A stretch of DNA of 42,360 nt, from positions 1-42,360 of the forward strand of contig ADNK01000401.1 in assembly GCA_000320545.1 (NCBI GenBank), in the 5' to 3' direction. Source of the DNA: Bigelowiella natans CCMP2755 (taxonomy: Eukaryota; Protista; Cercozoa). The translations under genes and the position numbers were made by a program. Under the pieces are notes generated by a model. It was not told the origin of the DNA. It saw only the letters and a program-made list of their open reading frames with translations, and ran no database searches. Within the stretch, counting starts at the first letter, position 1. Each line of letters begins with the position of its first letter. Below, in pieces: positions 23,347 to 36,699 of this stretch.

Positions 23347-24443
23347 GTGCGTGTAGTAGCGTAGAGTCAATCGTAAGAAATGATAATATGGATCGTCACC
23401 AAATACTACAGAGGGGTGTGAAGAGTATCATCATCATCATCCATCATCATCCATCATCATCCATTCCATCATCTGCAGCGGTGGGATCTTCGAGACGCCA
23501 GCAGCGACATTGCTTGAGGTGGAGGTCCACAAGGAGCGTCTCCAGAGCCAGGTGGGGGTAACAGTAGCAGTAGTCACTCGTCGTTCGTCGTGGCAGTAGC
23601 AGTCAGTCGCTGTGCAGAGTTCCTGCGATGTATATCATCGATGCAGCCCTCTCTCCTCATTGATGAGCTGTATTTATCATTATAACCATCGTCGTCACCC
23701 TCTTCCTTTTCTTCTTCTTCTTCTCTTTTCTTCTTCCATGCAGCTCATCTGGCTGGCGGAGATCTGCCAATGCGCGGAGGACGACGAAGAGGGCGGCGTC
23801 CTATTGACTACCGCAGCCTCTGCGAAAAACTTCAACACCGGCAGCGGCGGGGGGGGGCGGGCGTACCCACACGACGCATTTCCGCGTGGAGGCCGCCTCC
23901 TGTCCTACCTGTTTGAATGCGCTACTTTGTCAGCGGTAGTGGTTGTATGATACTGCTGCTGGTGATGGTGGTGGTAGTGGCGGTGATGTTGATGGATATG
24001 TATATGTATTTATATTGACGATGATGATGATGAGGAGGATGGTGCTACTACTATTACTCTACTACTACTACTACTACTACTACTATTACTTCTGCGACTG
24101 CTGCCGCTACTGCTCTACCACACCTCCTCCTCCTCCTCCTCCTCATTATTATTATTATGATTATTATTATTATGATTATTATTATGGGGTTTGATGATGA
24201 TTATTACCTGCCCATACATACGCATTCGTAAAGCAATGCATGATGATGGTGATGATGATGATGATGATGATGGTGGGCACGCACGCACGCACTCAATCAA
24301 TCAACCCGCCCCTCTACCTATTACCTATGATGATGCGTATTCAGGACCAACGATTGGGGACCGATCCTCTATTCCGATTTTTGTTCGAGCAAGCATTTGA
24401 GCCTTACCGTCACATGCTGGCCTGCTGGCTCTTCAATGTTGTA

Positions 24444-24488
<45 letters not shown>

Positions 24489-25040
24489 TGAATAATTCAT
24501 ATAATATATGTAGAGTCTTATGCGAGAAGCACGCGGCAGCACTACTCGTCGTCGTCGCTAAAGCAGCGCCATGAGAATTTTTACACCCACTTCCTCCTCC
24601 TCCTCCTCCTCCTCCTCCTCCTCCTTCTCTTTCTTTCTATGTTGTTCCTCCTCCTCCTCCTACAACCAGGGCGAGCTCCGAGATCCATTCAACGAGTTCA
24701 TGATCGAAACGTAAGAGCAAGAGGAAGAAGAAAAGAACAAGCGCTGCTTGCTGCCTGCTGCTGCTGCTGCGCCTTAGTGCTGTTGCAGTTTTCTTATCTT
24801 AAAACTAATTTTATCGTCAGTATAGCTCGCCCTGCTTCCTTATTTCATTCTCCTTTCTCTCTTCCTCTTCCTCTTCTTCTTCTGCGTCTCCTCCTCCCTC
24901 TTTCTTGCCATTACCATGAGCAGCACGAAGGACGGCGGACACGCGTTGAGGGGGGTTGAGGACATCCCGGTGTTCTTGCGTGATGTGGCACTAGAGGTAA
25001 AAGAAAAACGACTGAGAAAAGAGACTTGTGTGTGTCGTTG

Positions 25041-25081
<41 letters not shown>

Positions 25082-25127
25082 CATCTTTGGATATTTCAAT
25101 CCCCATCATCCTTTTCTATATCTCCAG

Positions 25128-25160
<33 letters not shown>

Positions 25161-25486
25161 TATCATCATCCATGCATCATTGTAAGCGGGATTGTCGCTA
25201 ACCCTCCTCTTCTTGTTCTTGTTCTTCTTCTTCTTCTTCTTGCCGTTGTTGCCGACCGTCCCTGAATCAGGTCTTAGAATGCGGGACAACGGTGCTCGCC
25301 ATCGAGCGCTCGAAGTCGTCTCCGCATATCGTAAGTCAAGCCAGGAATAGCGACGAGGGCGGGATGGGTGGTGGTGGGTGGGTGGTGCGCCCGGTTGTTC
25401 ACATTATTTTGTTTCGTTGTCCCCCTCCCCTCCCAGGCTATCTGCAGACCTGCCCAGGATATGATCGCCAAGTTGCTCAGCACATG

Positions 25487-25523
<37 letters not shown>

Positions 25524-26278
25524 TTATAGTTGATTCACAACCAAGAAGACGACTATCGACGACGACAATAGCTAACGAAAGGGAAGGGGTGTGCTGAAGA
25601 TTGTAAATCATGATCAGCTTGTAATCATCATCACCACTAATGATCCTCCTCTTCTTTTTCTTTCTCTCATCCAAAACGCTGTTGTCCTCCTCAGCTTCCA
25701 CAGCCCAGAGCGGCTGTCGCTGCGGTCCCTCCAATCCAAGCACGTCCGCGACAAGCTGAGCGCTCTCAGCAGTCTTACGATGGAATGGAAGAACACCCAA
25801 GAGAAGGTAGCAGCAGATCGTGGATGCTCGATAATAGCGTTCGTGCATGGTGACATATATTCGTGCAGCTATATACAAAAGCACACACGCACACACGCAC
25901 ACACACACAAACTGACACCGACACTGACGCCGACACTAACACAATATGTTGTGTGCAAATGATTATCTCCATTCCCTACCCCCCCCCCCCCCTCCCACGG
26001 CAGGCTCGTGCGGAGAAACTTGACCTTGTGAGAGCTGAGGTGACCATCGTCCTTATTACAAAAACAACAATAGCAACCCCCCCCCCCCCCTCCCCCCACA
26101 CACACGGAATCTACCTCCCAGTCAAAGGAATATGTAAAGCTGCTACATTACGCTGTTTGTTGTCCGCAGACCAAACAATCAATGCATAATAACCGTCTAT
26201 ATCTAATCTAGGGGGTGAACATGCGACGGAGGCGAGCAGCTTTGGCGGTGCAAGAGGAGGAGCGACGTCAGTCAATAT

Positions 26279-26318
<40 letters not shown>

Positions 26319-26993
26319 GCGTTGTCAGTCACGCCCTTTTTTCTCTTTGCCTCATACTATTACGATCTATGCTGTCGTCGTCGTCATCATCGTTATCATC
26401 CATGAACCGAAGGTGAGGAGGATTATGCACGGAAGAGCGAGATTCTAAGGAAAATCCAAGCGCAAATCAAGCAGAAGGTACATAAAAGAGGGTGGGGACG
26501 ACACAGATGCTGACGAGAGAGCCAGAGAAAGAAGAGCAGCTGAATGATGACTTGGCAAGCAGAAATCAGATATATTGACCTTTTAATTTAAGCAGCATTG
26601 AATATGTAAAATAATGATCTACTTGCTTCCTACCTATTCCTCCTTGTCGTCCTATATCTTCTTCATCTTCTTCTTCTTCTTCTTCTTCTTCTTCTTCTTC
26701 TTCTGTGTTTAAGGAGCAAGATGCTCGTGAGGAGAAGGAGAGGGAGCAGCGTCGACAAGCGGTAGTAGTAGTATTAGTATTAGTAGCAGTAGCAGCAGCA
26801 GCTGATCGAATTATGCTGTGTGCCCCACACCCCTTCCTCCTCCTCCTTCATCCTCCTCCCCCTCCCCCCATCATGCACACGATGCTGCTTTGGTGTCGTC
26901 AGGCTTTCCAGCGAAGAGAGAACGCGAAGAACAAAGAGCAACTTGAAAGGATAAAGCGGGAGGTCATCATTCAATATATCTGTTTAGTGTGTG

Positions 26994-27029
<36 letters not shown>

Positions 27030-27279
27030 CAACGCATTGTACTGCAGCTAGTCGCATCGAATGTAGTAGTAAAAACATCCTGATGCATGCATGCTCACAT
27101 CCACGAAAGTAAGTAAGGAAATAAGTGAGCGAAGTCCGTTGGTAATAGCACCTCTCTTCTAATGCCCTTCTTCTTCTTCTTCTTCTTCTTCTTCTTCTTC
27201 TTTCCTCTTCTTTCAGGTGATCAAGAAACACCGAGCGTACATGCTAGAGCTGGACCTGCAGGTCGTGTGTCTCTTACTT

Positions 27280-27315
<36 letters not shown>

Positions 27316-27571
27316 TGATGCCATTATTCAACCACGACGTGGTGATAGATATAAGACAAAACAGCGACGAAGGCGACAGAGGACCAAGCGTTCATGCTTC
27401 TGCTCCCATCAAAAGCTTTCTTTTTGGGAATGATGACATTAATCGCGCCCCTTTTGACTGTACTGAACTTCCACCACCACCACCACCACAACACAGCGGC
27501 AAAAGCTGTTATGGCGAAAGAGGCGAGTTGAAAACAACGGGCGGCGCACACACCTGGTTGAGTGAATGAAC

Positions 27572-27648
<77 letters not shown>

Positions 27649-28137
27649 TAAATTATATTTTCATGCGAAGAATCTGGAGAAGCAGAACCACCAGCAACAG
27701 ATAATGATGATGATGATGATGATGATGATAATGATCTACGCAATGATAGACCTTTCTCTTCTTCCTCTTCGTCCCCACCCACCCATCTCCTCCTTGCTAA
27801 TCCATGATATTATTAACACAAATCGATCAATCATGCGGCTGGCTGCCTCCTCCTCAGATCCGCAGACTGGAGGCTCGGCATCTGAGCGAACTACGTCGCT
27901 TGCACCCAAACCACGTTGCCCCCCGTCGTATACCGCCCCGCTCACCCCACCCTGCCACTGTGCATATGCTCGCGGAGTCGAAAAGGGAGAGGTTGTATGA
28001 GCGGGAGGGGAGGAGGGCGGGAGCGGTCGGGCAAAGAATCCGTAGCATACCAAACAAATTTCGTCATTATCTAGTGTCTTCGCAATCCAATTATGTATCA
28101 TCATCGATCACCAACCCCCTCCTCCTCATACGATATA

Positions 28138-28175
<38 letters not shown>

Positions 28176-30464
28176 GAAATATTCACAAGTATAACTGTTC
28201 CGCAGAGAGCGCGAGATGGAGCGCGAGCGTGTCGATCGCTTCCACGAGGCGCAACGAAGTTATTACGCTCCCCACCAGCCCCGCGACAACGACAACGACG
28301 ACGATGACGCCTACCACAGCAACGTAGGCGAGGATGATGGCGACGACGACAACAAGGGGGGTGAAAGAAACATGGCGAGGAGAGGAAGAAGTTCAGGTGT
28401 GTGTGCAGCATTAGCGCAGGGGAGGAGGAGGAGGAGGAGGAGGAGTGGTTTATTCATTGTTCTCAAAACATCACTATCTTGCCTTGCAGCATCGTGGTAG
28501 AAGCTGTCTATCATTGCTACTTGCTGATGCTACAACCAAACCCACCCTTTCCATAGACTAATCCTGTCTCCTTCCATCTTTATTTCAGGGGGGGGGCGCT
28601 CGACGCTCTCGCTTGCACACTACCCATACTCGCCCAGCACCGGAGCAGCAGCAGCAGCAACAAGGACAACACCGCCAGGAAGGAGGCTCACGACGACGAC
28701 GACGACGACGACGACGGGAGATAATAAAGACAAATGGATCCAGCGGCAATTTTCTCCTGTTGGCAGCACAACCACCGCACCTCGCAGAAGAAGAGTTCTG
28801 AGCGCTTATCTATCACCGCGTGCACGCGACTTTCCCAGTCGCGTGCGGTATGGCAAGAGCTTCGGCGGAGGAAAGTCCTCCATCGTGCTTGGCACTGACG
28901 ACGACGACTACGACGACGACGACAGCCGGAAAATTGCCAGGAGCACAGGGAGAGGGGAGGGTAGAGAAGGAGGAGGAGGAGGAGGAAAGAGGCCAAAAAG
29001 CCAGCAGCAGGAGGAGGAGGGCAGTGGTAGTAAAGGCAACAACGCCAATAAGGAGGAGGGAGAGGTCAGAATGGTAGAGACCCCATATGGAGAGGGCATC
29101 TTAATATCGTCGCGACGACAGCAGCAGCAGCAGCAGCACGGAGAGGGAGGAGACACCAACAAAGATGATGGCGGTAGTAGTAGTAGTAGTAGAAGAAGAA
29201 GAGGCTGCTGCATTCTCCGCGTAAAGCTGCCATTCGCGATCGCATTCATACGCGAAAGCGCATGCGGACGGGTGCGGTTGGTCAGCCAAAGAAAGGAAGT
29301 AAATGAAAAGGAAGAGGATGAAAAGGGTGAGGGTGCCGTGGTCGCGCAAGCATGGGATACCGATCGGTTCGCTCTATGGAGATCAAAGAAAGCTATGAAC
29401 CCTACACAGCAGCAGAGTGGCGGCAGCAGCAGTAGCAGCAGCAGCAGTAAAAACAAACGAAGCAGTGGTAAGGAGAGCAGACAGGTACTGCACTCTGCAG
29501 CAGAGGGCGACGTGCTGGTGATGGCGGTAGCACCTTCATCATCCGGACCCCTGTCGTTGCGGTTGAGGACAGTCTTCGGGCGGTGCCTGACGGAGAGCAT
29601 TCGCCTACAGAGCGAGATCGTCCACTGCGCAATGTGCCATCTGCTTAAATACGAGTAAGTTAAACGCAGCTTTTTTGGTTGTTTTTGCGTCGCGGTCCTT
29701 GATCTGCTTTACTTACTTTCGTACTGCCGAACGTCGAAGGAATGGTTCTTCTCATAAACACCCCCCCCCCCTCCCCCCTTGCGCCACAGATTTCGGTTGA
29801 ACGACCACCTCGGTGCTCTTAAGAATTTCTTCCTCATGAATCATGGTAGGAATGCGGCAGCTATTCTCTTTACTTGATCGGCGAGTTAGCCTCTTCCTCG
29901 TTTTGCGGAATATATCGTTCAAGCTATGACCCATTGTGTGCGTGCATGCTGCAGGCGACCTATTTGACACGCTGTCGCGGACATTCTTCGATGGGATTTA
30001 CTCCGATCCGCCCATAAACTGGTACAGTGGACGGAAATAGAAGACGTAGCAGCAGAAGCACGAGGAGGAGGAGGAGGAGGAGGAGGAGAGTTTGATGCAA
30101 AAGGACATGTAGTCCATGTGCGAGTCTAACACATTATTTGCATATTATTTGTGTGTAACGTTTAGGTTGAACACCAGCAACCTGAACCACGCACTTCGCA
30201 GCGCCATACGGGTATTGATATTTATAGTTGCAGCAGCAGCAGCAGTAGTGGTAGCAAAGTAGTAGTTTGAGGTATGAAAATTAGAGAGAGCGATGTTTTT
30301 GACATAAAACGTGTGATTGAGTGGTGGTTGTGTGTGTTTGTGTGTTTGCGTGTGTGTGTGTGTGTGTGTGTGGCAGTTGTGTGGCTACGACAAGAAAGAC
30401 CCACTAGCAACCAATTTTAGTTTTGGCATGAAAAGGTAGCCATACCCTCCCCTTCTCTCTTCTC

Positions 30465-30508
<44 letters not shown>

Positions 30509-31089
30509 GTCTCTTCCGCTACGAAAATCTTCGTACATTTCTTCCCTTTCCTTTGCTGCCCCATCGTGCCTTCACCGCTTTTGTCCATTACGGGGAGGAA
30601 TCATCATCACGTCTCTTCTTCTTTTTTGCTGCTATTTTCTCCATCGTAGCGGATGTGATCTGCGGAACGAGAAGATGATGCTAGGCCTTCGCTCTCTCGG
30701 TGATGTGATTCAAAACAGGACACATGCATGCACTCGAAACGACACGAAGACCGAGGAGAGAGCACATATGCTACTAGCTATCGCCGCCAGAGCAAAAATA
30801 CTGAATGCTGCATTTGGCACGGTGAAAACATCAGGTGCCCTGGGACACGCAGAGCTGCAATACGACGTCGGCTGGCCGCTTTCCTTGGTAGGGAATCTAA
30901 GTGTAATCACGACTACAACAACAACAATAACAACAACAACAATAACAACAACAACAACAACAACAACATATGCAGGTCATCACGAAGAACATCCTCTCAC
31001 GGTACGCACAGATCTTCAGCTTTCTGCTCAAGGTAGTAGCAGTAGCAGTAGTAGTATTAGCTTGTCAGTGCTGTTGCTTTTACAGTGGG

Positions 31090-31125
<36 letters not shown>

Positions 31126-31457
31126 CACTGCAGCTTCTACTGCCCTATGCTAACTCGTTATGCCCCCCCCCCTTCCCCTTACCAACCCCATTCTTTAGAT
31201 AAAGCGACTAGACTATGAGCTGGGGAAGTTGTGGGGGCAGATGGCGCTGTACAAGAAGTCGAAGAAGACCATGGCTGTGCACCGTGAGCATCCGGAGGCG
31301 ATGATTCACTGGAGATCTGTGGAGATGTTCCTGATGGAAACCCGCCATTTGGTGCTACTACTACTACTACTACCACTACCACTACTACTACTGCTACTGC
31401 TACTGCTACTAGCACTACTACCCCCACCTCATTGTGCGTGCAAATAGACGATCAAGA

Positions 31458-31507
<50 letters not shown>

Positions 31508-32876
31508 GGTGGGTGGGTGGGTGTTTTTGTGTGTAACTAGGGGAGGGGGAGGGTTTAGAATTGTTGTTCATAATTTGACTCTGGTTTGCGTTCTGCCCCT
31601 CTTCTTCTTCTTCTTCTTCTTCTTCTTCTTCTACCTATCCTGCCTACTAGGTGTCAAACATACAAGGCTACATCATGACGCAAGCCCTCTGGCTGCCGTG
31701 GAAACGCCTTCAGAAGAACATCGATGCCGCAGAGACGCTTGCTGACATGCGCAACGCTCACGTTCGATATATTTCCGTTGCATACAATCGCTGCTTCCAA
31801 AGCAAAGAGACCAAGAAGGTTGGTCTTTTTGTCGTCTTGTTTCTTGAGGGGGGGGGCGGAGGGGGGGCGTTTTGGAGGTGTGGACCGACCGTAGCACTAG
31901 AGTATGCGCTGATTAACACACTCATGAATACGTTTATCGTCGGTTTTCGAGGAGGATTTGGGGTATAGTGTAGACGGCCAGGCAAGGAGCTCCACGCACG
32001 CCTGGCCCGAATAATTCTTCCTGGAATGCCAGCAGACGAGAAACATGCTGCACAAAATGTTTCTAGAAGATGCCATCATCATCATCATCATCACCAGCAG
32101 CAGCAGCAGCAACAACAACAACAAAAGATAACAATATAATAACTGACGAACACCTACGGTTTCAGGTGCGGGCGTACGTGGAGCGCATCTTCGAGCGCAT
32201 CCTGGCTTTCAAAACTAGGATGTCCGCCGGTATAGCGAACGCTGATGCGGAGCTAGGCCTCGACGACAGGACGTTCGAGGATCTGAGGGACATCATTCGC
32301 AAAACCAGGTCAACAGTTGTGTAAATAGCAGCAGTAGTAGTTGTTGTTGTGGTTGTGGTGGAGGGGCAGTGGTGGTGGTGGTGGTTGGTGATGATGCTCA
32401 ATGACGGCGACGTAGTGATGACGAGAGGAAACGATGATTCTCCTCAATGTTGGGCGGTACTTCAAATACTGAGCAACAAGTTTTTGCCCACACAGCGCAA
32501 CGACGTCATCATCATCATCAACTGTCACCACATCTTCCTCCATTCCCTCTCCCTCGCCCCCTCCCCCCGCATAACAAACAGAGGAGATTGTCGGTTGTTG
32601 TTTCGAGTGATGCGAGCGCTGGCCCGGAAGGGTTTCGCGCCGATGCTGGACCTGGTTACGCGGTTGGATTACAATGGGGTCATCATACAACAACGACGGC
32701 AGAATGCATGCACATTACCTAAAATAAATATTTACCCCAAAGTCAACGCTGCTGAAAACACCGATGATTGTCTCGCGACATGGTCAACTGTGCCTGTCGC
32801 AGGGCAAATAGCGCCAATGCCTTTTGCGGAGCGCTCGAGGATTTCGAGTCTTTATTTCATTCGACAGCTTTTGTAG
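18852..32876 (+). CDS. TUBGCP6: Gamma-tubulin complex component, GCP6-like (Spc97/98 family), many exons
   Basis: GRIP1 motifs LFEQAFEPYRHMLACWLF/NGELRDPFNEFMI and IPVFLRDVA. A long coiled-coil/low-complexity insert typical of GCP6. GRIP2 motifs HLGALKNFFLMNHGDLF, YDVGWPLSLVI..YAQIFSFLLKIK, NIQGYIMTQAL, AHVRYI..RCF and LVTRLDYNG. The start (18852 or 18972) and the stop (32810 or 32876) are uncertain. Confidence 0.85.
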
Positions 32877-33179
32877 TATTGCTATCTTCTTATCGCTAGC
32901 TCACTCAATGTGTCTGCTTATGAACAGTATTTCTCTGGAGCCTTATCAGCTTCCAAGTGAAAGGTGAAAGAAGGCAGGCCACTCAGCTGCTATCAATGCT
33001 GACTCCCGTCTCAATCCAGCTCCGTTCGTGAGTGGTGAAAATTGCCGGTACTAGGTCTTCTCTCTCCAAGATTATTATCAAACTTATTTAAATTAGATTA
33101 TTAGACAAAGTGGTAGAACGCACAAACTGTAAATTGCGCAATGACATGAGCGTATCTCCCAGGTATACTATTATTTATA

Positions 33180-33660
33180 AATCTAGATTGCTTCTCTATT
33201 CGCAACTCTGGTATGGCTAACTGTATTGTAGCTAGCTGTACAGCGCTAGCGGCGGCGTCGCAATGTGCCATCTAGCCATCACGGGTCGAAGCGATTTCGA
33301 TGTACCGCGTAGTGGACATCTAGACATAGCTAGCATAGTCGCGTGCACGTACTTGAGTTGCGCGTGATAGCTCACATACATCTGTGTTGTACTATCAACA
33401 TTGCTATGGCAACAATATAACGCGGCACATGAAGTCCACGGGTAACGATGTACGATCTAGCTAGCTAGTGTACGTGCAGGCAAATCGCGCATAGTCGTGC
33501 ATGGTCGTGCACGCTTGCGGGGATGTCTCGATATGTCCCGCATGCTAGCATGTGCCAGATCTAGAGATCTAGAGATGTATGAATAATTGTACGCATAGGA
33601 CGTATTCGCGATGATTAATGAAGAGACAATGAGCTATGCCTGCGCAATGCGACGACGAAA
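33180..33660. other. CTAG/palindrome-rich non-coding block 4 (convergent spacer)
   Basis: About 12 CTAG in ~400 bp, CATGCTAGCATG at 33541-33552, and no ORF in the supplied track. Confidence 0.75.
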
Positions 33661-33742
33661 GCATGGATGGTTCGCGAATAATAAGGTGCTGACTACCACC
33701 TCCGCAATTTCATTCTAATGAAAACCCCGGGGAAAAGCTAAT

Positions 33743-34723
33743 TTATTCCGAGGCCGCCGTGGCGGCATTCTGAGAATACTCATCGAGGTCGAAGGCTCTT
33801 GGCTTATGCCCAGCTTTCATGAACCACCTGTAGTGGTAGTAGGAATAGAAGTGGCAAGCAGCAGTAGCTGTGGCGCTGATGATGCTGTGCGTGGTTCTCA
33901 TAGGTGTACTTTTCGTTTTTGTAGTTGTTTTGGGCAGGGCAGAATGCAGCATTTTATACGCCTTGGCCATCGTGTAACAGTTCTTAATGTTGCATCATAT
34001 TTCCATCATCATCATCATCATCATCACCATTGCCATACCACATTGCTTCACTGAGGTCTTGCTTGACGCCATTCCCGTCCATGTAGCTGAGGCCTGCGAT
34101 CGATCGACAACGACGGCAGTAACAAGGGCTTATAATTTTTATACTTCATTCTACACGTCGTTGTTGGCTAGGAGCTTCGCTGCGTTCGTGCGTGCACACC
34201 AAAAAGATATTTAGAAAAAAAAAAAATAGGAAGAAGGCGCGTCATTTTTTCGCATCCAATTCTGTCACGCTTCTGCCAAACTACTGGGAGGGAACAAGCT
34301 TTTCCGTGGCGTTCTTACCAAGGTGATATGCAGCGCCGGGATGGCCTTGCCTCGCAGCTTGCTCAAACCTCCGAGCCTGGGGTTGTGAGTGGATGCTATT
34401 TCTCGTCTTTTTCATGGGTATGCATGCATCCATGTGTGTGCGTGTGCATGTGTGTGTGTGCATGTATGTGCGCGCGCGCGCGATGGCCACTCTCATCTAT
34501 CACAATAATATATTGTTCTTCCTCCTTGTTCTCTTCTTCTTCTTCCTCCTCCTCCTCCCCCCCCTGGCAGCACTTTTGTTACTATCGTTGGAAGTACAAC
34601 ATACCGCCTTGACAGGGTCTTTGGCGAGTCCTCCTTCCCCATCTCGGAACATCACGCCGAGCTCGAAGTTGGCGTCAATCACGCCCTAGTTGATAGTGCA
34701 CAATGGCAACGGCGTGCCGAACA

Positions 34724-34755
<32 letters not shown>

Positions 34756-35465
34756 AATGATAAGCAGCGAGAAAGGTGGGAAAGGAAAAGGGAGGAGGCT
34801 ACAGAATGAGGGTTATTAATGGCTGTGTTGGCCATTCCCCCTGGTTGTTGTCGATGGAAACATGTATCATCACAATGCTATGGGTGGACAACGGAAACAA
34901 TTGCATGCTACGACTACTACTAACTACTAGCTACTACTACTACCGCCTGTGCCGCTTTTGACATGAAATGCATGGCCTTCTCAGCATCTTTCGGAACAAG
35001 CTTCCCCTTAAGAAAACACACACACAAACACACACGCACACACGCACACACACACGCACAATATTAATGGTAGGGCAGCAGTTTCCAGTGAGCAACGTTA
35101 AGATGGTGGTTACGGGAGGATGAGAACGGACGACACCATCGCTCTGCACGCACGCGCACACGCACGCACCTCTCTGTGGAGACGGCCCATGTGATAATAC
35201 GCGTCCGGATAACCTTGCTTCATCGCCCGGTCGTACCATTCCACGGCGCTCTCTCCGGGATGTACAAGACTCGCTAGATTTGGGTGCAACAACAGGGGGG
35301 AGGGAGGGGGGATCAGTCAATGGGGATGAAGGTGGTGGTTGCTGGGGCGGAGGAAAGTAAGGCAAGAGAAAGCTTTCATCTAATCTTGCGGGGAGCATGC
35401 ATATTTAATTTATAATTCAATATGATGTGCACCGATTTGTCTGATATGCAACAGCGTGCGCGCGT

Positions 35466-35501
<36 letters not shown>

Positions 35502-35624
35502 GCATTGTTTTTTATAACTCACCATGCGATTCGATAGCCCAACCGTAGAGAACTTGTGCGGGCACATACCCCTAATCGTGTGGTCAAGGACAGGCATCAT
35601 TTCAAAACATGCAAACACGATGAT

Positions 35625-35691
<67 letters not shown>

Positions 35692-36612
35692 GCATTCAAC
35701 CATATGCATATTATCATATTCACGCGCTACCTCGTATGCCGCGTGCATGATGTGTTGGATGCCTGATAGTAATAAAAGTGTTTTGAAAATCTGCACCCCT
35801 TAAACACACACGCACATACAAACACATGCACATACACATACACGAATGAGACCGGGGGGGTGAGAGAGGGGGGGGGAAGACCTTGCATCTCATCCAAGGC
35901 TGGCCCGATTCCAAAGAGCAGATATCTAACACCAATAAACTGCACGTCAAGCACGCTATTGGGGCACAACTTATATTAAAAAATAAGACACCTTGACTAT
36001 CGTCAACAACAAACATCGAAATCAAGAATGAAGAAGAACATCAACGCCTTCCACCCCTCCACTCCCCATCCTCCTCCTTCCCCGATCATTAAACAGTTAG
36101 ACTCAATCTAACACCTCCCCACCCCCCCCACTCCCCACCAATGAAACCATCATATCATCATTGGTCGCAGCACCTTCCGTAATCATACGTCGCAGCAACA
36201 TGGCCGGCGCGCGAGCAATTTCGAAACAATACGAACGCAGTGAGCGGAGAATGCTTCACACCGTACCCAAGATCATGCGCAACTGATGGATGATAACGTG
36301 CGTTTGTATGCGTTTGATTTGTGGCCTTCAGATGTTGGCGCCTGCTGCTTATGAAAATCCCCGCGACACGGCTCGCACTAGTATCTCATTCTCGGAGGGA
36401 CATCGTAGGAGCATTGCCATCATGAATCAAAAATCACTACTAATCATCACTAATCATCATCAATCAATCATCATCATCATCATGAGTTATCACACTCGCG
36501 CAAGCACACTCTCCAGTAGCCACCTGCGAGCTGGTACGCTGCTTCTATATCACCCTTCTTACACCTTGCCAGAAGTCCACTGATGCGTCGCCTGCGATTG
36601 GTCGATGTATAC

Positions 36613-36699
<87 letters not shown>

